A stretch of DNA of 63,546 nt, the filler included, from Octopus bimaculoides (Eukaryota), in the NCBI RefSeq assembly GCF_001194135.2. It is 4 parts of 3 records of this genome, joined end to end, with 100 filler letters (N's around TTAATTAATTAA, not from the genome) between each part and the next. Parts side by side here need not be neighbours in the genome. Positions count along the whole stretch, not along the records: positions 30,271 to 53,001 come from NC_068981.1; positions 53,102 to 60,026 come from NC_069002.1; 2 more parts are not named here. The stretch is one strand, 5' to 3'. The notes beneath the pieces were generated by a model. That model searched no databases, was not told the DNA's origin, and saw nothing but the letters and a program-made list of their open reading frames with translations. The number at the start of each line of letters is the position of its first letter. Within the stretch, counting starts at the first letter, position 1. This document shows, in pieces, positions 45,501 to 58,603 of the stretch. A program made the position numbers and the translations under genes.

Positions 45501-46144
45501 CTATCTATCAATAAATAAACATACACGCATGCACACTAGTATTCTTGTATTCGCGAGTGTATGAATATTTATATTCAAACAAACCATAATATGTTAATTC
45601 GTTTTAAAAGATTTGTGTCGGCAGACGACAAACATCACTGGAAGTGTGATGGTAGACGTAGACAGCATAAACAATTATTACATATTACACATATAGCTCT
45701 GGTTATTCCAGGCCTACCACAATTCCCGCTTTATCTTAGATTCCATTCTAATTTCTTATCGTTTTATCTATTTATCTAGTTGTCTCTAAACAGTCGGCTG
45801 TTAATTATTTTTTCCTCTGTTAAAACCAATAAGATAAACATCACCGAAATACTTGCTTATGAACTGTTGTTACATTTTAAAAAGACACCTGATATATTTG
45901 ATGTTAACATTTTTCTGCCCCATTTTTCTCCCAAACTATCGTGCAATATTTTGGTTTTACTATTTTCTGTGTGTGTGTCTGTGTGTGTGTGTGTTTTGTC
46001 TGAATTAATTTTTTTTACATAGCCTTTGAAATAAACAAATTAGCAACAGGAAGCTTTAGATGAGCATGATAATAATAATAATAATAATGATAATAATAAT
46101 GATGATGATGATAATGATGATGGTAATGATGATAATAATAATGC

Positions 46145-46360
46145 TTTCTGCTATAGGTACAAGGCCTAAAATTTTTAGAGAAGGGTCAAGTCGATTATAT
46201 CGACCCCTAATACTCAGCTATGACTTAATTTATCGACTCTCGAAAAAATTGAAAGGCAAAGTCAACCCCGACAGAATTTGAACTCAGAAGGTAGCGGCAG
46301 ACAAAATACTGCTAAGCATTTTGCCCGGCGTGCTAACCATTCTGCCAACTCGCCGCCTTG
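46145..46360 (-). mobile_element. SINE type C between (AAT/GAT)n tracts
   Basis: GGTACAAGGCC...GTCGATTATATCGACCCC...GAAAGGCAAAGTCAACC...GCCCGGCGTGCTAACCATTCTGCCAACTCGCCGCCTT. Confidence 0.9.
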
Positions 46361-46361
46361 C

Positions 46362-46458
<97 letters not shown>

Positions 46459-46472
46459 AACCTAGTATGATT

Positions 46473-46778
46473 CCTTCTTGGTTAGTTAATGGTGTTACAT
46501 TGCTACTTCCAAAAAATGAAGAAACAAATGAACCAAAAAATTATCGACCCATAACCTGCTTAACGACACTGTATAAAATACTAACATCTGTCGTGACTGA
46601 GTACACCTATAGTTTTTTTTTTTAATAGAAAGTGGCATATTCCCTAATGAGCAAAAAGGATGTAAACGTGGGTCCTATGGTTGTAAAAATCAGCTACTCA
46701 TCAATAAGATGATCTTGGAAAATTGTTACAAACGACACAAAAACTTGTCAATAGCCTAGATAGACTATAAAAAAGCTC
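46473..46778 (+). pseudogene. R4/Dong-like LINE reverse transcriptase fragment (domains ~0-3)
   Basis: PSWLVNGVTLLLPKNEETNEPKNYRPITCLTTLYKILTS...[26 protein letters not shown]...NLSIA*IDYKKA. Confidence 0.9.
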
Positions 46779-46804
46779 GTCGCCTTAATAATAATAATAA
46801 CAAC

Positions 46805-47008
46805 CTTTTCTACTATAGGCACAAGGCCTGAAATTTCGGGTGCCTGTGTAAGTGGATTACATCGACCCTAGTGCTCAATTGGTCCCTATTTTATTGACCT
46901 CGAAATGATGAAAGGTAAAGTCGACGTCCACGGAAATTGAAATCGGTACGTAGAAACGGACGAAACGCCGCTAAGCATTTTGCCCGGCGTGCTAGCAGTT
47001 CTGCCAGT
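46805..47008 (-). mobile_element. SINE type C
   Basis: GGCACAAGGCCTGAAATTT...ACATCGACCCTAGTGCTC...GAAAGGTAAAGTCGAC...GCTAAGCATTTTGCCCGGCGTGCTAGC. Confidence 0.9.
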
Positions 47009-47104
47009 ATACAAATATGTGCACACATGGATGATGCTCATAATGCTATTGTTATTATTGATTTGACTCAGGTTCGTCATTAATCCTGGCAGAATTTATG
47101 TATG

Positions 47105-47290
47105 TAGTCTTTTCCAGTGCTTAAGACCCTTCTGATAATCTTTCCTGTCCCCAAGAGGCAAACTTGCTGTAGAAGCGCTAAAGGGCATTCTATTCCAATC
47201 CCCTTCAGCCATTTGTCTATATCTTTGCTTACTGTTCCCAATGCACCAATTATTATAGACACAAACTTTACAATTTTCATATCTTTTTTA
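47105..47290 (-). pseudogene. R4/Dong-like restriction-like endonuclease C-terminal fragment
   Basis: VSIIIGALGTVSKDIDKWLKGIGIECPLALLQQVCLLGTGKIIRRVLST; (AAT)n upstream on the sense strand. Confidence 0.85.
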
Positions 47291-47439
47291 CGATTATTAT
47301 TATTATTATTATTATCAGGAAGGCAAGGCAGTTTTCCTTTGCCTGGTGGCTGTGGCGAAAGAGGTTGTTTGGTGGACAAGGCTGAAAGGCATGAGGACCG
47401 ATACATTCCTCTTTGGTACAGCTCTCATTGTTGTTATCA

Positions 47440-47503
<64 letters not shown>

Positions 47504-47516
47504 CATTATTATTACT

Positions 47517-47621
47517 TAGGCGGCGAGTTGGCAGAATCGTTAGCTCATCGGACAAAATACTTAACGACATTTCGTCCGTCTCTACATTCGTAGTTCAAAC
47601 TTCGCCGAAGTCGACTTTACC
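47517..47621 (+). mobile_element. SINE type C head, cut by gap
   Basis: TAGGCGGCGAGTTGGCAGAATCGTTAGC...GTTCAAACTTCGCCGAAGTCGACTTTACC. Confidence 0.85.
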
Positions 47622-48559
47622 NNNNNNNNNNNNNNNNNNNNNNNNNNNNNNNNNNNNNNNNNNNNNNNNNNNNNNNNNNNNNNNNNNNNNNNNNNNNNNN
47701 NNNNNNNNNNNNNNNNNNNNNNNNNNNNNNNNNNNNNNNNNNNNNNNNNNNNNNNNNNNNNNNNNNNNNNNNNNNNNNNNNNNNNNNNNNNNNNNNNNNN
47801 NNNNNNNNNNNNNNNNNNNNNNNNNNNNNNNNNNNNNNNNNNNNNNNNNNNNNNNNNNNNNNNNNNNNNNNNNNNNNNNNNNNNNNNNNNNNNNNNNNNN
47901 NNNNNNNNNNNNNNNNNNNNNNNNNNNNNNNNNNNNNNNNNNNNNNNNNNNNNNNNNNNNNNNNNNNNNNNNNNNNNNNNNNNNNNNNNNNNNNNNNNNN
48001 NNNNNNNNNNNNNNNNNNNNNNNNNNNNNNNNNNNNNNNNNNNNNNNNNNNNNNNNNNNNNNNNNNNNNNNNNNNNNNNNNNNNGAGAGAGAGAGGGAGA
48101 GAGAAAGGGAGAGAGAGGGAGAGAGAGGGAGAGAGAGGGAGAGAGAGAGAGAGAGATGTAGAGAGAATCACTTCCAAGTTTTTTCTTCTAGTTTTTAAGT
48201 TGGAAAGTTTTTTTGTCTCTCAGGGAAGGAAAATGAAAAACACCCGCAGACATATCAACACGATTATGTTCACGTTTCAGTCTTTTATTAATGATTTTTC
48301 GCATTTCCTTATTAGTTCTTTATGCTTGGTTTGGAACAATAACATTTCTAAATCCATCAGTCTGACATATCGAGACTGTCACATTCTTATTTCTAAAATA
48401 AACAACGAACTATTGTAAAGCGTTCTGTACTCAGTCGTAAAAAGTGTATTGCCAATAATTTCCTAAATAATAAAATATCCATCATCAGATCTAAAATTAT
48501 ATAGTGGCAGATTCTGGTAGTTTTCGTGATATCATGGTATATTTGTTTTACATCTGAGA

Positions 48560-49200
48560 TACGTAGTCTGATCAATAAATATCTGGACTGTTGCTAGAGT
48601 AACGAAGCTAAAGCACGCAGAGTAAAGCCGCTTGGTATAGCTTGACCTTCAACTCTGCTGTGCATACGCACTAATTTTTAACGTTCTAACTCATTTCTGC
48701 TGTTTACAGCAATGCTTGGAAGGAAGGTGTGTAACGTGTGATCGTCTCATTGACCATGACAGAGAAAGTTGAGCAGAGAATCTGCGTCAAATTTTGCCAA
48801 AAGCTTGGCGATACTCGCATAGAGGCCTACGCAAACTTTTCAAACAGTTTTCATCTTGCTCAACACAATCGAGATCTTGTGCAACTGAAACCCAAGTGTC
48901 TTTTTGGTCAGCTGAAAGCAGTTTTGGCACAAACTTAGAAGACACGTGTCTCATACCCAAATCTTCAGTGATAATGGACTGAACTGAACAGTTACTAATC
49001 CGCATAACCTCTGATAATCCACGGATGGTGATTCGACGATTTCCCCTCACAGCTGCACGCACATCTGCGATGTTTTTCTCAGTTCTGCTGGTTGTGAATC
49101 TCCAAGAACGTTCGTCAATATCGACATTTTTTCGGCCATCTTGGAAACATCTAGACCATTCGTAAACTTGTATGGAAGCCATCGACTCCTGACTGTTACT
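48560..49200. mobile_element. mariner 5' portion with internal inversion
   Basis: Terminus TACGTAGTCTGATCAATAAATATCTGGAC at 48560; plus strand MTEKVEQRICVKFCQKLGDTRIEAYAN to ~48838; minus strand 49200 to 48838 SQESMASIQVYEWSRCFQDGR...KFVPKLLSADQK...VEQDENCLK. Confidence 0.9.
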
Positions 49201-49358
49201 GTGAACAACACCTACTGCTTGCGGGCCTACGTGGTGTACTATACAGCAGGTAATAAATGTGGCTTGGAGGGAAGGACCCTTATTCTTTATCATTAATAAA
49301 TGCGGAAGATCTGAGATTGGAAGTAACTTTCTTAAATTGAACGATCGCATTGTAAAGG

Positions 49359-49515
49359 CACAGGCGTGGCTGTGTGGTAAGAAACTTCCCAACAATATGG
49401 TTCAGGGTTCAGTCCCATTGCGTAGCACCTTGGGCATGTGTCTTCTACTATAGACCTGGGTCGACCAAAGTCTTATCAGTGGATTTAGTAGACAGAAACT
49501 GAAAGAAGCCCGTCG

Positions 49516-49549
<34 letters not shown>

Positions 49550-49557
49550 CGCGTGTG

Positions 49558-49612
<55 letters not shown>

Positions 49613-49810
49613 CCCACCACCGCTTGACGACTGGTGCTGGTGTGTTCACGTCCCCGTAACTTAGTGGTTCGGCAAAACAGATCGAAATAATAAGTACTAG
49701 GCTGACGAATAATAAGTCCTGGGGTCGATTTCTTCGACTAAAACCCTTTTAAGGCGGTGCTCCAGCATGGCCACAGTCAAACGACTGAAACAATTCAACG
49801 AATAAAAGAA
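49359..49810 (+). mobile_element. SINE type A, full length with long internal (TG)n
   Basis: GGCGTGGCTGTGTGGTAAGAA...GGGTTCAGTCCC...GAAAGAAGCCCGTCG(TA/TG)n...GGCGGTGCTCCAGCATGGCC...GACTGAAAC. Confidence 0.9.
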
Positions 49811-51780
49811 TTGTTGAAAACGTCCGTCCAAATGTCATCTACGAGAAAAATCGCCAAGAAATATGTTATAACCAGGATAATCCGGTAACCACGAAAACCA
49901 CGTTAAAATGTTAAAATTCCAAGAAAACCATCCATCAACAGACAAGAAATGTGTGACGCTAATTGGCAAATAAAACACTATGAATTTGCTCATGGCTCGT
50001 GCATCACAATCCTTAAGTCTCCGTGTAGATCAGGTCTTGGGTTGTCTTCCAAGGTACTCTTCCTTTGGGATTTTTTCAATCCGAAACTTTTATAGGATAG
50101 AATTATATTAAAAAGCAAATTTGGCTATTATATGGNNNNNNNNNNNNNNNNNNNNNNNNNNNNNNNNNNNNNNNNNNNNNNNNNNNNNNNNNNNNNNNNN
50201 NNNNNNNNNNNNNNNNNNNNNNNNNNNNNNNNNNNNNNNNNNNNNNNNNNNNNNNNNNNNNNNNNNNNNNNNNNNNNNNNNNNNNNNNNNNNNNNNNNNN
50301 NNNNNNNNNNNNNNNNNNNNNNNNNNNNNNNNNNNNNNNNNNNNNNNNNNNNNNNNNNNNNNNNNNNNNNNNNNNNNNNNNNNNNNNNNNNNNNNNNNNN
50401 NNNNNNNNNNNNNNNNNNNNNNNNNNNNNNNNNNNNNNNNNNNNNNNNNNNNNNNNNNNNNNNNNNNNNNNNNNNNNNNNNNNNNNNNNNNNNNNNNNNN
50501 NNNNNNNNNNNNNNNNNNNNNNNNNNNNNNNNNNNNNNNNNNNNNNNNNNNNNNNNNNNNNNNNNNNNNNNNNNNNNNNNNNNNNNNNNNNNNNNNNNNN
50601 NNNNNNNNNNNNNNNNNNNNNNNNNNNNNNNNNNNNNNNNNNNNNNNNNNNNNNNNNNNNNNNNNNNNNNNNNNNNNNNNNNNNNNNNNNNNNNNATATA
50701 TATATATATATATATATATATAGATATATATACAAGTTTGTGTGCGTATGTGTGTCTATATACATATATATTTACATATATATGTAAAGTCAAGGGAAGG
50801 CATGTGTGCGTATTATACATGCGCACACAAATACATAAGTCTATATATATATCGATCGTAAAACTTTATATACAACTATATATATATATACATATATATA
50901 TGAATAAAACCATCAAATTTTTTTTATAAAGGCATTTAAATTTACACATGGCTACTTACAAATGCATAAATTATAAACGTATTGAAATGGCACAGATCGG
51001 TAGGTGGAGCGGGCATTAGTCGTGACGCCGGACCGCTTCCTTTGACTAAGTTATAAAGAAGAATGGAAGTATATTATGGCCCGTGTGTGTGTGTCTGTGT
51101 GTGTGTGTGTCTGTGTGTGTTTGTGTGTGGATAAATAGGTATAATAGAACACTCTATGTTAATTTTAGTTTTATTATTCGAATGTTTGAATATACGGTTT
51201 AAAGAGAAAATTATAAAATTATAGTTAAAAGCTTTTTTTTTTTTGAAATTCTTTTTTTTTAAAAGAAAATTTTCTTTTCTCAACTCTTTCATTTTAAGAA
51301 TAACTTTAAAAAGAAATAGCTGTATAATTATGGCATNNNNNNNNNNNNNNNNNNNNNNNNNNNNNNNNNNNNNNNNNNNNNNNNNNNNNNNNNNNNNNNN
51401 NNNNNNNNNNNNNNNNNNNNNNNNNNNNNNNNNNNNNNNNNNNNNNNNNNNNNNNNNNNNNNNNNNNNNNNNNNNNNNNNNNNNNNNNNNNNNNNNNNNN
51501 NNNNNNNNNNNNNNNNNNNNNNNNNNNNNNNNNNNNNNNNNNNNNNNNNNNNNNNNNNNNNNNNNNNNNNNNNNNNNNNNNNNNNNNNNNNNNNNNNNNN
51601 NNNNNNNNNNNNNNNNNNNNNNNNNNNNNNNNNNNNNNNNNNNNNNNNNNNNNNNNNNNNNNNNNNNNNNNNNNNNNNNNNNNNNNNNNNNNNNNNNNNN
51701 NNNNNNNNNNNNNNNNNNNNNNNNNNNNNNNNNNNNNNNNNNNNNNNNNNNNNNNNNNNNNNNNNNNNNNNNNNNNNNNN

Positions 51781-51834
<54 letters not shown>

Positions 51835-52492
51835 TATATTTATTTAATTATACACATATACACACACACATACACACATATATGGTATTTCTATTAAACA
51901 GTATACATTTGTACCTCTCTGTGTTTGTATGTGTGTGTGTGTGTGTGTGTATAAGAGTATACACGTGCGCGTAGGTGCATTATACACAAGTGTAAGCTTG
52001 TGCACGACGTTGGGCTGTGTATGTAATGTTTGTTTCATGTACATCGAAATACTTAGCATCAAGTACGTCCGTGTCTTCTTTAATATACATGCGCATAAGT
52101 CAATGCCGCCGCACACTTAAAAGCAACATATGGCGCTGATATTAAAGGTTGAACATAAAGAAAACTATTAGGACCAAGCTATCTTTATAGAAAGATAATA
52201 ATATCACTTATAGGCCAGTGTGCTTTGTGAGAGGGGTGAATCTTTGATTTTATTCAGATTATCAATTAATCAATGACGAACATAGCTTTATGGGTTTAAG
52301 GAAACTAAAAAATTACGTATGAGTTTTATTTCAATTGGCAATCACTAATGTACTTTCGAAGACATTAGTTAGATTTGTTTTTTTGGAGATTAAAAAGTTA
52401 AGTTAAAAAGTTGAAAGAAAAATAGAGAGAGAAGAGAGAAAAGAGGGAGATAAAAGAGAGAGAGAGAGACAGAGAAAAAAGCAGAGAGAGAG

Positions 52493-52532
<40 letters not shown>

Positions 52533-52642
52533 CAGAGAGAGAGGGTGGAGAGAGACTGTTGACTGGTTACAGAAGAACGATGACAATGAGAAAACGGGGG
52601 AGATAAGAGGGGAGAAAGAAGAGGAATACATACATATATGTA

Positions 52643-52695
<53 letters not shown>

Positions 52696-53569
52696 ATGTG
52701 TGTGTGTGTATGTGTGTGACTCTGTGAAAGAAATAATATACTGTATCGATGCACACGTACATATACACATAGTTTCATATGTATATATATATACACATAT
52801 ATATATATATATATGTATGAATATAGACACACACATATATATATGTGTGTGTATTAATATATGCATGTATAACTTACACACACAACATCAATAAACACAA
52901 AGACAAATGCACACACATACACACATATATATATGTGTGCGCGTGTGTATTACATATATTTATATTTATGTATGTATGTATGCATGTGTGTATATGTATA
53001 TNNNNNNNNNNNNNNNNNNNNNNNNNNNNNNNNNNNNNNNNNNNNTTAATTAATTAANNNNNNNNNNNNNNNNNNNNNNNNNNNNNNNNNNNNNNNNNNN
53101 NTATATATATATATATATATATATCTACGCACACACATTTGAATATGTAGACACGTATATGTAATAAAATTTAGCTCCATTTCCAAGTAGCTCTTCCCGA
53201 TTGGTTTTTTTACTATTATTAACCATATTTCTTGATTATCAATTTTTTAAAATAGTAAACTAGTAAACCTATTAAATTAATAACTTTAATAATTTAGGAT
53301 CTCATTCATTATCTCATTCCTTAGTACGGAAGCAGATTTAGTGCAACGACTTCAAAAGTAACCACAAGTCTGCCATACCACTTTTGTCAGAGCTACACCA
53401 TCAATGATAAGAACTGCTACGAACAGAACTGCAGCAATTTAATAATAATGCATACATTTAGTACTGCAGCCACCGTAATTTTGTCTGGGTAGATAGTAAA
53501 TATAAGAATATCCATTGCAGCTATGACTGTATCACTGTATTCTCTATCTATAGTAACTACTTAATGACC

Positions 53570-53835
53570 AGAATTAAAACAACTTTTTCCCGGAACCACA
53601 ACTGGAACACTGTAGCTCCAAAGACAGCAATTACTATTGCAACTATTATTGTAATAAAACAACAATACTTACTGGAACCATAATGGGAACACTGATGCCC
53701 CAACAGCAGCAATTACTATAGCAATTAGAATTGTAACAAAGCAACACCACCTTTTGGAACGACACCTAGATCGCTGTTGCCCCAACAATAACAGTCACTA
53801 TTGAAAGTAGATTTGTAATAAAACAACAATATCTA
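53570..53835. repeat. degenerate 82-bp minisatellite (~3.2 units)
   Basis: GGAAC anchors at 53592, 53674 and 53756; GTAA(T/C)AAA anchors at 53651, 53733 and 53815. Confidence 0.75.
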
Positions 53836-55349
53836 CTACAACCAGAATTATAAACAAAACAGCAATATGTATTTGAATAATTACTGTACTACTGTAACTC
53901 TAATAATAGAGGTAACTACTATTACAAATAGCATTATAAGTGACTAACACTATCTACCGGAACCACAATTCTTCGCCCCAACAAGCGCAACTACAAATGG
54001 AACTGTAACTCTACTGTCATAAAACCCGGATACAAATTAAGAAGAAGATGAAAAAGAACAACAGCAATAACAAAATTGCACGAAACAGCGAGTGCAATCG
54101 TTGTTGTTTTGTAGGATAAGGAACGATTTAGTGTTCGTTAGCCTGCCAGAAATTGCAGCTGCATAATCTTAAATTTTACACGTTATTTACTCTCATTGAA
54201 AAGAAAATGACACTTTGGTTAATAAACTCTTCATAATACTTTTAAAAAGATTTTGTCCTGTCCGAAATGCCTCTGGACGTAGTCCTGCTTAAACAGGAAT
54301 GAAATATAACTGTAAAAAGAACAAAAACAAACCGCAGATAAAATAACAAACAGCAATAGCAACAAGAACATTAATGAGAGTAACAATAACAACAAAAACA
54401 ATAACAACGACGCCAAGATCTACAACAAAAGCGAGGACAACAACAACAACAACAGCAACAATTCCAATAATAACCGTACAAGCGACAATACTTGGAATAC
54501 TATAAAACCTTCAAGACAAACAAACAAAATCTCAACGAAAATATAATTTTAAAAACTATGAGAACAGCAAGAACAACCACAGCAATAACAACAATATGAA
54601 CATCAGAAATGGCTGCAATAACTACGGTAACTACAGCAATCAGTCATTATAGAGTTTAAAAGAATATATTTCAGATTTGTCGAGAAGAAATTCCTGTTTT
54701 TTTATAATCTACATTAAATATACATTTGTCATTAAACGTGATAATGTAGGAACGTATATAGTCATTTAAATGCATATAAACTTTCCGGTAGGTCAAAAAG
54801 AAAATATTGCATATAATGTATATGAGTGAGTGTGGATGTGATATGTATGTGTGTATGTATATATTTTAAATATAAAACGAATATAAATATATTTATATAT
54901 ATACATAGTGTATTATGTTTTTATATATAAAAATTCATACATATATATATNNNNNNNNNNNNNNNNNNNNNNNNNNNNNNNNNNNNNNNNNNNNNNNNNN
55001 NNNNNNNNNNNNNNNNNNNNNNNNNNNNNNNNNNNNNNNNNNNNNNNNNNNNNNNNNNNNNNNNNNNNNNNNNNNNNNNNNNNNNNNNNNNNNNNNNNNN
55101 NNNNNNNNNNNNNNNNNNNNNNNNNNNNNNNNNNNNNNNNNNNNNNNNNNNNNNNNNNNNNNNNNNNNNNNNNNNNNNNNNNNNNNNNNNNNNNNNNNNN
55201 NNNNNNNNNNNNNNNNNNNNNNNNNNNNNNNNNNNNNNNNNNNNNNNNNNNNNNNNNNNNNNNNNNNNNNNNNNNNNNNNNNNNNNNNNNNNNNNNNNNN
55301 NNNNNNNNNNNNNNNNNNNNNNNNNNNNNNNNNNNNNNNNNNNNNNNNN

Positions 55350-55388
<39 letters not shown>

Positions 55389-55750
55389 TCGTCATGTCTG
55401 CATGTTGTTTCAAAAAGTTTTAAAGCGCTCAATATATATTTCCGTAAAAGCTTATTCGTTCTTCAAAACCTGAGACTATACACGCTCCACATATATGTGT
55501 CCACGAAAATATAGACGCTCATATACATATGTATACACGCGCACACATATAACCATGTAAGCATGTCTCCATTTATTTATGAATTGTATACTGGTATTCA
55601 TTAGTTATGATGATAACTGTGTACAACAAAAATACATGTACACCTCTATATTGGTTCACCATATACATACATGCATTATCTATATGTGTGTGTGTGTGTG
55701 TGTGTATGTGTGTGTGTTGTTGTTGTGTGTGTGTGTGATTAAAGCAATCA

Positions 55751-55792
<42 letters not shown>

Positions 55793-56112
55793 CTATTATT
55801 AAGAACCAGCAAAAATCAGAAGGAAAAGAAATTTCAGCACCATGTCAATTCCCAGATTTGATATCATGAAAGATTATTTTATTTTATTTCAAATGATTTT
55901 CCTTTTTGTTTCAGCAAGACTACATCTCTTGAACCGATTGGATCCAGTAGCGTATCTAGATCAAAATATAATTGATTTCTTTTATCCTTTTATGCACTAC
56001 ATATATATATATGCTTGTTTTCACTTTTTCGAGATCAGTGAATAATTTCACTGGAAAAAGGATAAATGTATTTGCATCGGGACATTTTTTGCATCGAAGG
56101 TCGGCGATTGTC

Positions 56113-56155
56113 GTACACTGAGGACGGGTAAATACCCAGAAACTCGAATCCGTAC
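56113..56155 (+). ncRNA. degenerate minimal hammerhead-like motif
   Basis: GUACA-CUGAGGA-C-GGGU(AAAU)ACCC-A-GAAA-CUCGAA-UC|CGUAC; near-palindromic stem III, 4-bp stem I. Confidence 0.5.
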
Positions 56156-56313
56156 ATATCGCAGATCAAGATGGGAAGGATGACTTCCCTTTGCAAATAC
56201 AGACAGGACACAGATGTGTGTCAATAGCCAGCTGGAGGAGATGTTCTCCTGGGGCTAAAAGCAACAGTAACATCCACCTTTAGGGGTCAGCCACATTTAA
56301 GTGNNNNNNNNNN

Positions 56314-56357
<44 letters not shown>

Positions 56358-56410
56358 GTATATGTACATACTTACATGTTTACGCATATACATATGCATA
56401 TGTAGGACGT

Positions 56411-56693
56411 CACAAAACATAAACAACAAATAATACGAAGTACGAGAACATGGAATAAGAGCTAGCTTCTTTTTGTAAGCAACGAAAGAAACAAGCGGAA
56501 AACAAGACAAGCAACACAAGGAACGACCCTTCATTAGTTGTCGACTGTTTTTGCTCGAAAATACGGACTAGAAGAACATCCGACAACCGATGAAGGGTCA
56601 TTCCTTGTGTTGCTTGTCTTGTTTTCCATTTGTTTCTTTCGTTGCTTATTCCATGTCCTCGTACTTTGTATTATTTGTCATTTATGTTTTGTG
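56411..56693. repeat. fold-back element: ~113-bp inverted arms, 37-bp spacer
   Basis: 56411-56543 versus 56581-56693; the left arm carries an extra 16 bp flanked by a duplicated TAAG. Confidence 0.9.
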
Positions 56694-56873
56694 TTTACAT
56701 CCTGTGACCACATATTTATACGTATATACGTAAACATGTATGTACGTATACGTATGTATATATGCATATATATATATTATTTATATTATTATATGATTGA
56801 ACACCACTCATCCTTTTCCAAGTAAATACGTACATACATACATATACATATACATACATACATACATACATGC

Positions 56874-56906
<33 letters not shown>

Positions 56907-57020
56907 NNNNNNNNNNAAGGGTACTCAACCAATCTATTGGGAGTTACATGTATACATCAAAACAGTTTGATTCAAATTCGTTGGTACTCCTGAATTAGAA
57001 TCAAACTGTTTTGATCCATA

Positions 57021-57095
<75 letters not shown>

Positions 57096-57625
57096 TGAAA
57101 GCACCAAGGTCACACATTTCCATCTATAGACTTTAGATCCAAACAAATTGCAGGTTCCGAGTTAGATGAATTTAACCAGTGTATTTAACCCACAATACAC
57201 GTATTGGGATCTTGATGATCAGCTGTCATAAGAGAGTCAATCATTTGTAGATTATGATGAGTCGGAAATGGAAGTTTGAAATTCAAATCAAAGCGTTAAG
57301 ACGAAGACGTCCAGAAAATGCACATTTAGTATTTCATTTTCTTACGTATTGTAAAGGTTTTTAAACTTTCTGTCGTTGGTTGACATGTATAGTATTATTT
57401 CATCCTTATTTGAAACCTTCGGCATGCTTTAATTCGTTGTAAGTAAATTATGGTAAACTGAACTTTTTACGAAGCTAAACAGTAGATATGACAAAAGATT
57501 TTAAGATATTTATAATGAATAAGGATACCAAAATCAAATAGACATATATTGTATTAACTGTACATATATATTCTATTCATATTCATATATTCTCTCCTTG
57601 TTTCTCTACTTGTTTCTTTCTGTGT

Positions 57626-57665
57626 GCCTTTCTGTGGAAGAGCGTAGGCTCGAAACGTTAAAGAC
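57626..57665 (+). ncRNA. variant minimal hammerhead-like motif (core A6 replaced by U) in a probable PLE pseudo-LTR
   Basis: GCCUUU-CUGUGGA-A-GAGC(GUAG)GCUC-GAAA-CG-UU|AAAGAC; stems I and II pair and ACGU is palindromic. Confidence 0.45.
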
Positions 57666-58554
57666 TTTTTCAATTCCCGAGCGTTATACTAATACATCTA
57701 TTTGTTTTCTACACCACCTGTGTTCGTCTGTTGTTTTTTTTTTATGAATTCTCCGTATATATATATGTATATGTATATATACATATTATTTTAAGAAAAT
57801 TTATTGCCTCAAAATACAAGGTTTGAACCAGTATTTCCTTGGATAAGACAATCACTTCATGAGGTTAACACAACAGCCTCCAATCGAATATATATATATA
57901 TATATATATANNNNNNNNNNNNNNNNNNNNNNNNNNNNNNNNNNNNNNNNNNNNNNNNNNNNNNNNNNNNNNNNNNNNNNNNNNNNNNNNNNNNNNNNNN
58001 NNNNNNNNNNNNNNNNNNNNNNNNNNNNNNNNNNNNNNNNNNNNNNNNNNNNNNNNNNNNNNNNNNNNNNNNNNNNNNNNNNNNNNNNNNNNNNNNNNNN
58101 NNNNNNNNNNNNNNNNNNNNNNNNNNNNNNNNNNNNNNNNNNNNNNNNNNNNNNNNNNNNNNNNNNNNNNNNNNNNNNNNNNNNNNNNNNNNNNNNNNNN
58201 NNNNNNNNNNNNNNNNNNNNNNNNNNNNNNNNNNNNNNNNNNNNNNNNNNNNNNNNNNNNNNNNNNNNNNNNNNNNNNNNNNNNNNNNNNNNNNNNNNNN
58301 NNNNNNNNNNNNNNNNNNNNNNNNNNNNNNNNNNNNNNNNNNNNNNNNNNNNNNNNNNNNNNNNNNNNNNNNNNNNNNNNNNNNNNNNNNNNNNNNNNNN
58401 NNNNNNNNNNNNNNNNNNNNNNNNNNNNNNNNNNNNNNNNNNNNNNNNNNNNNNNNNNNNNNNNNNNNNNNNNNNNNNNNNNNNNNNNNNNNNNNNNNNN
58501 NNNNNNNNNNNNNNNNNNNNNNNNNNNNNNNNNNNNNNNNNNNNNNNNNNNNNN

Positions 58555-58603
<49 letters not shown>

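Noticed and set aside
47413-48198. 261-aa ORF with a signal-peptide-like poly-Leu start
   Set aside because: (TTA)n microsatellite, SINE head, N gap and (AG)n.
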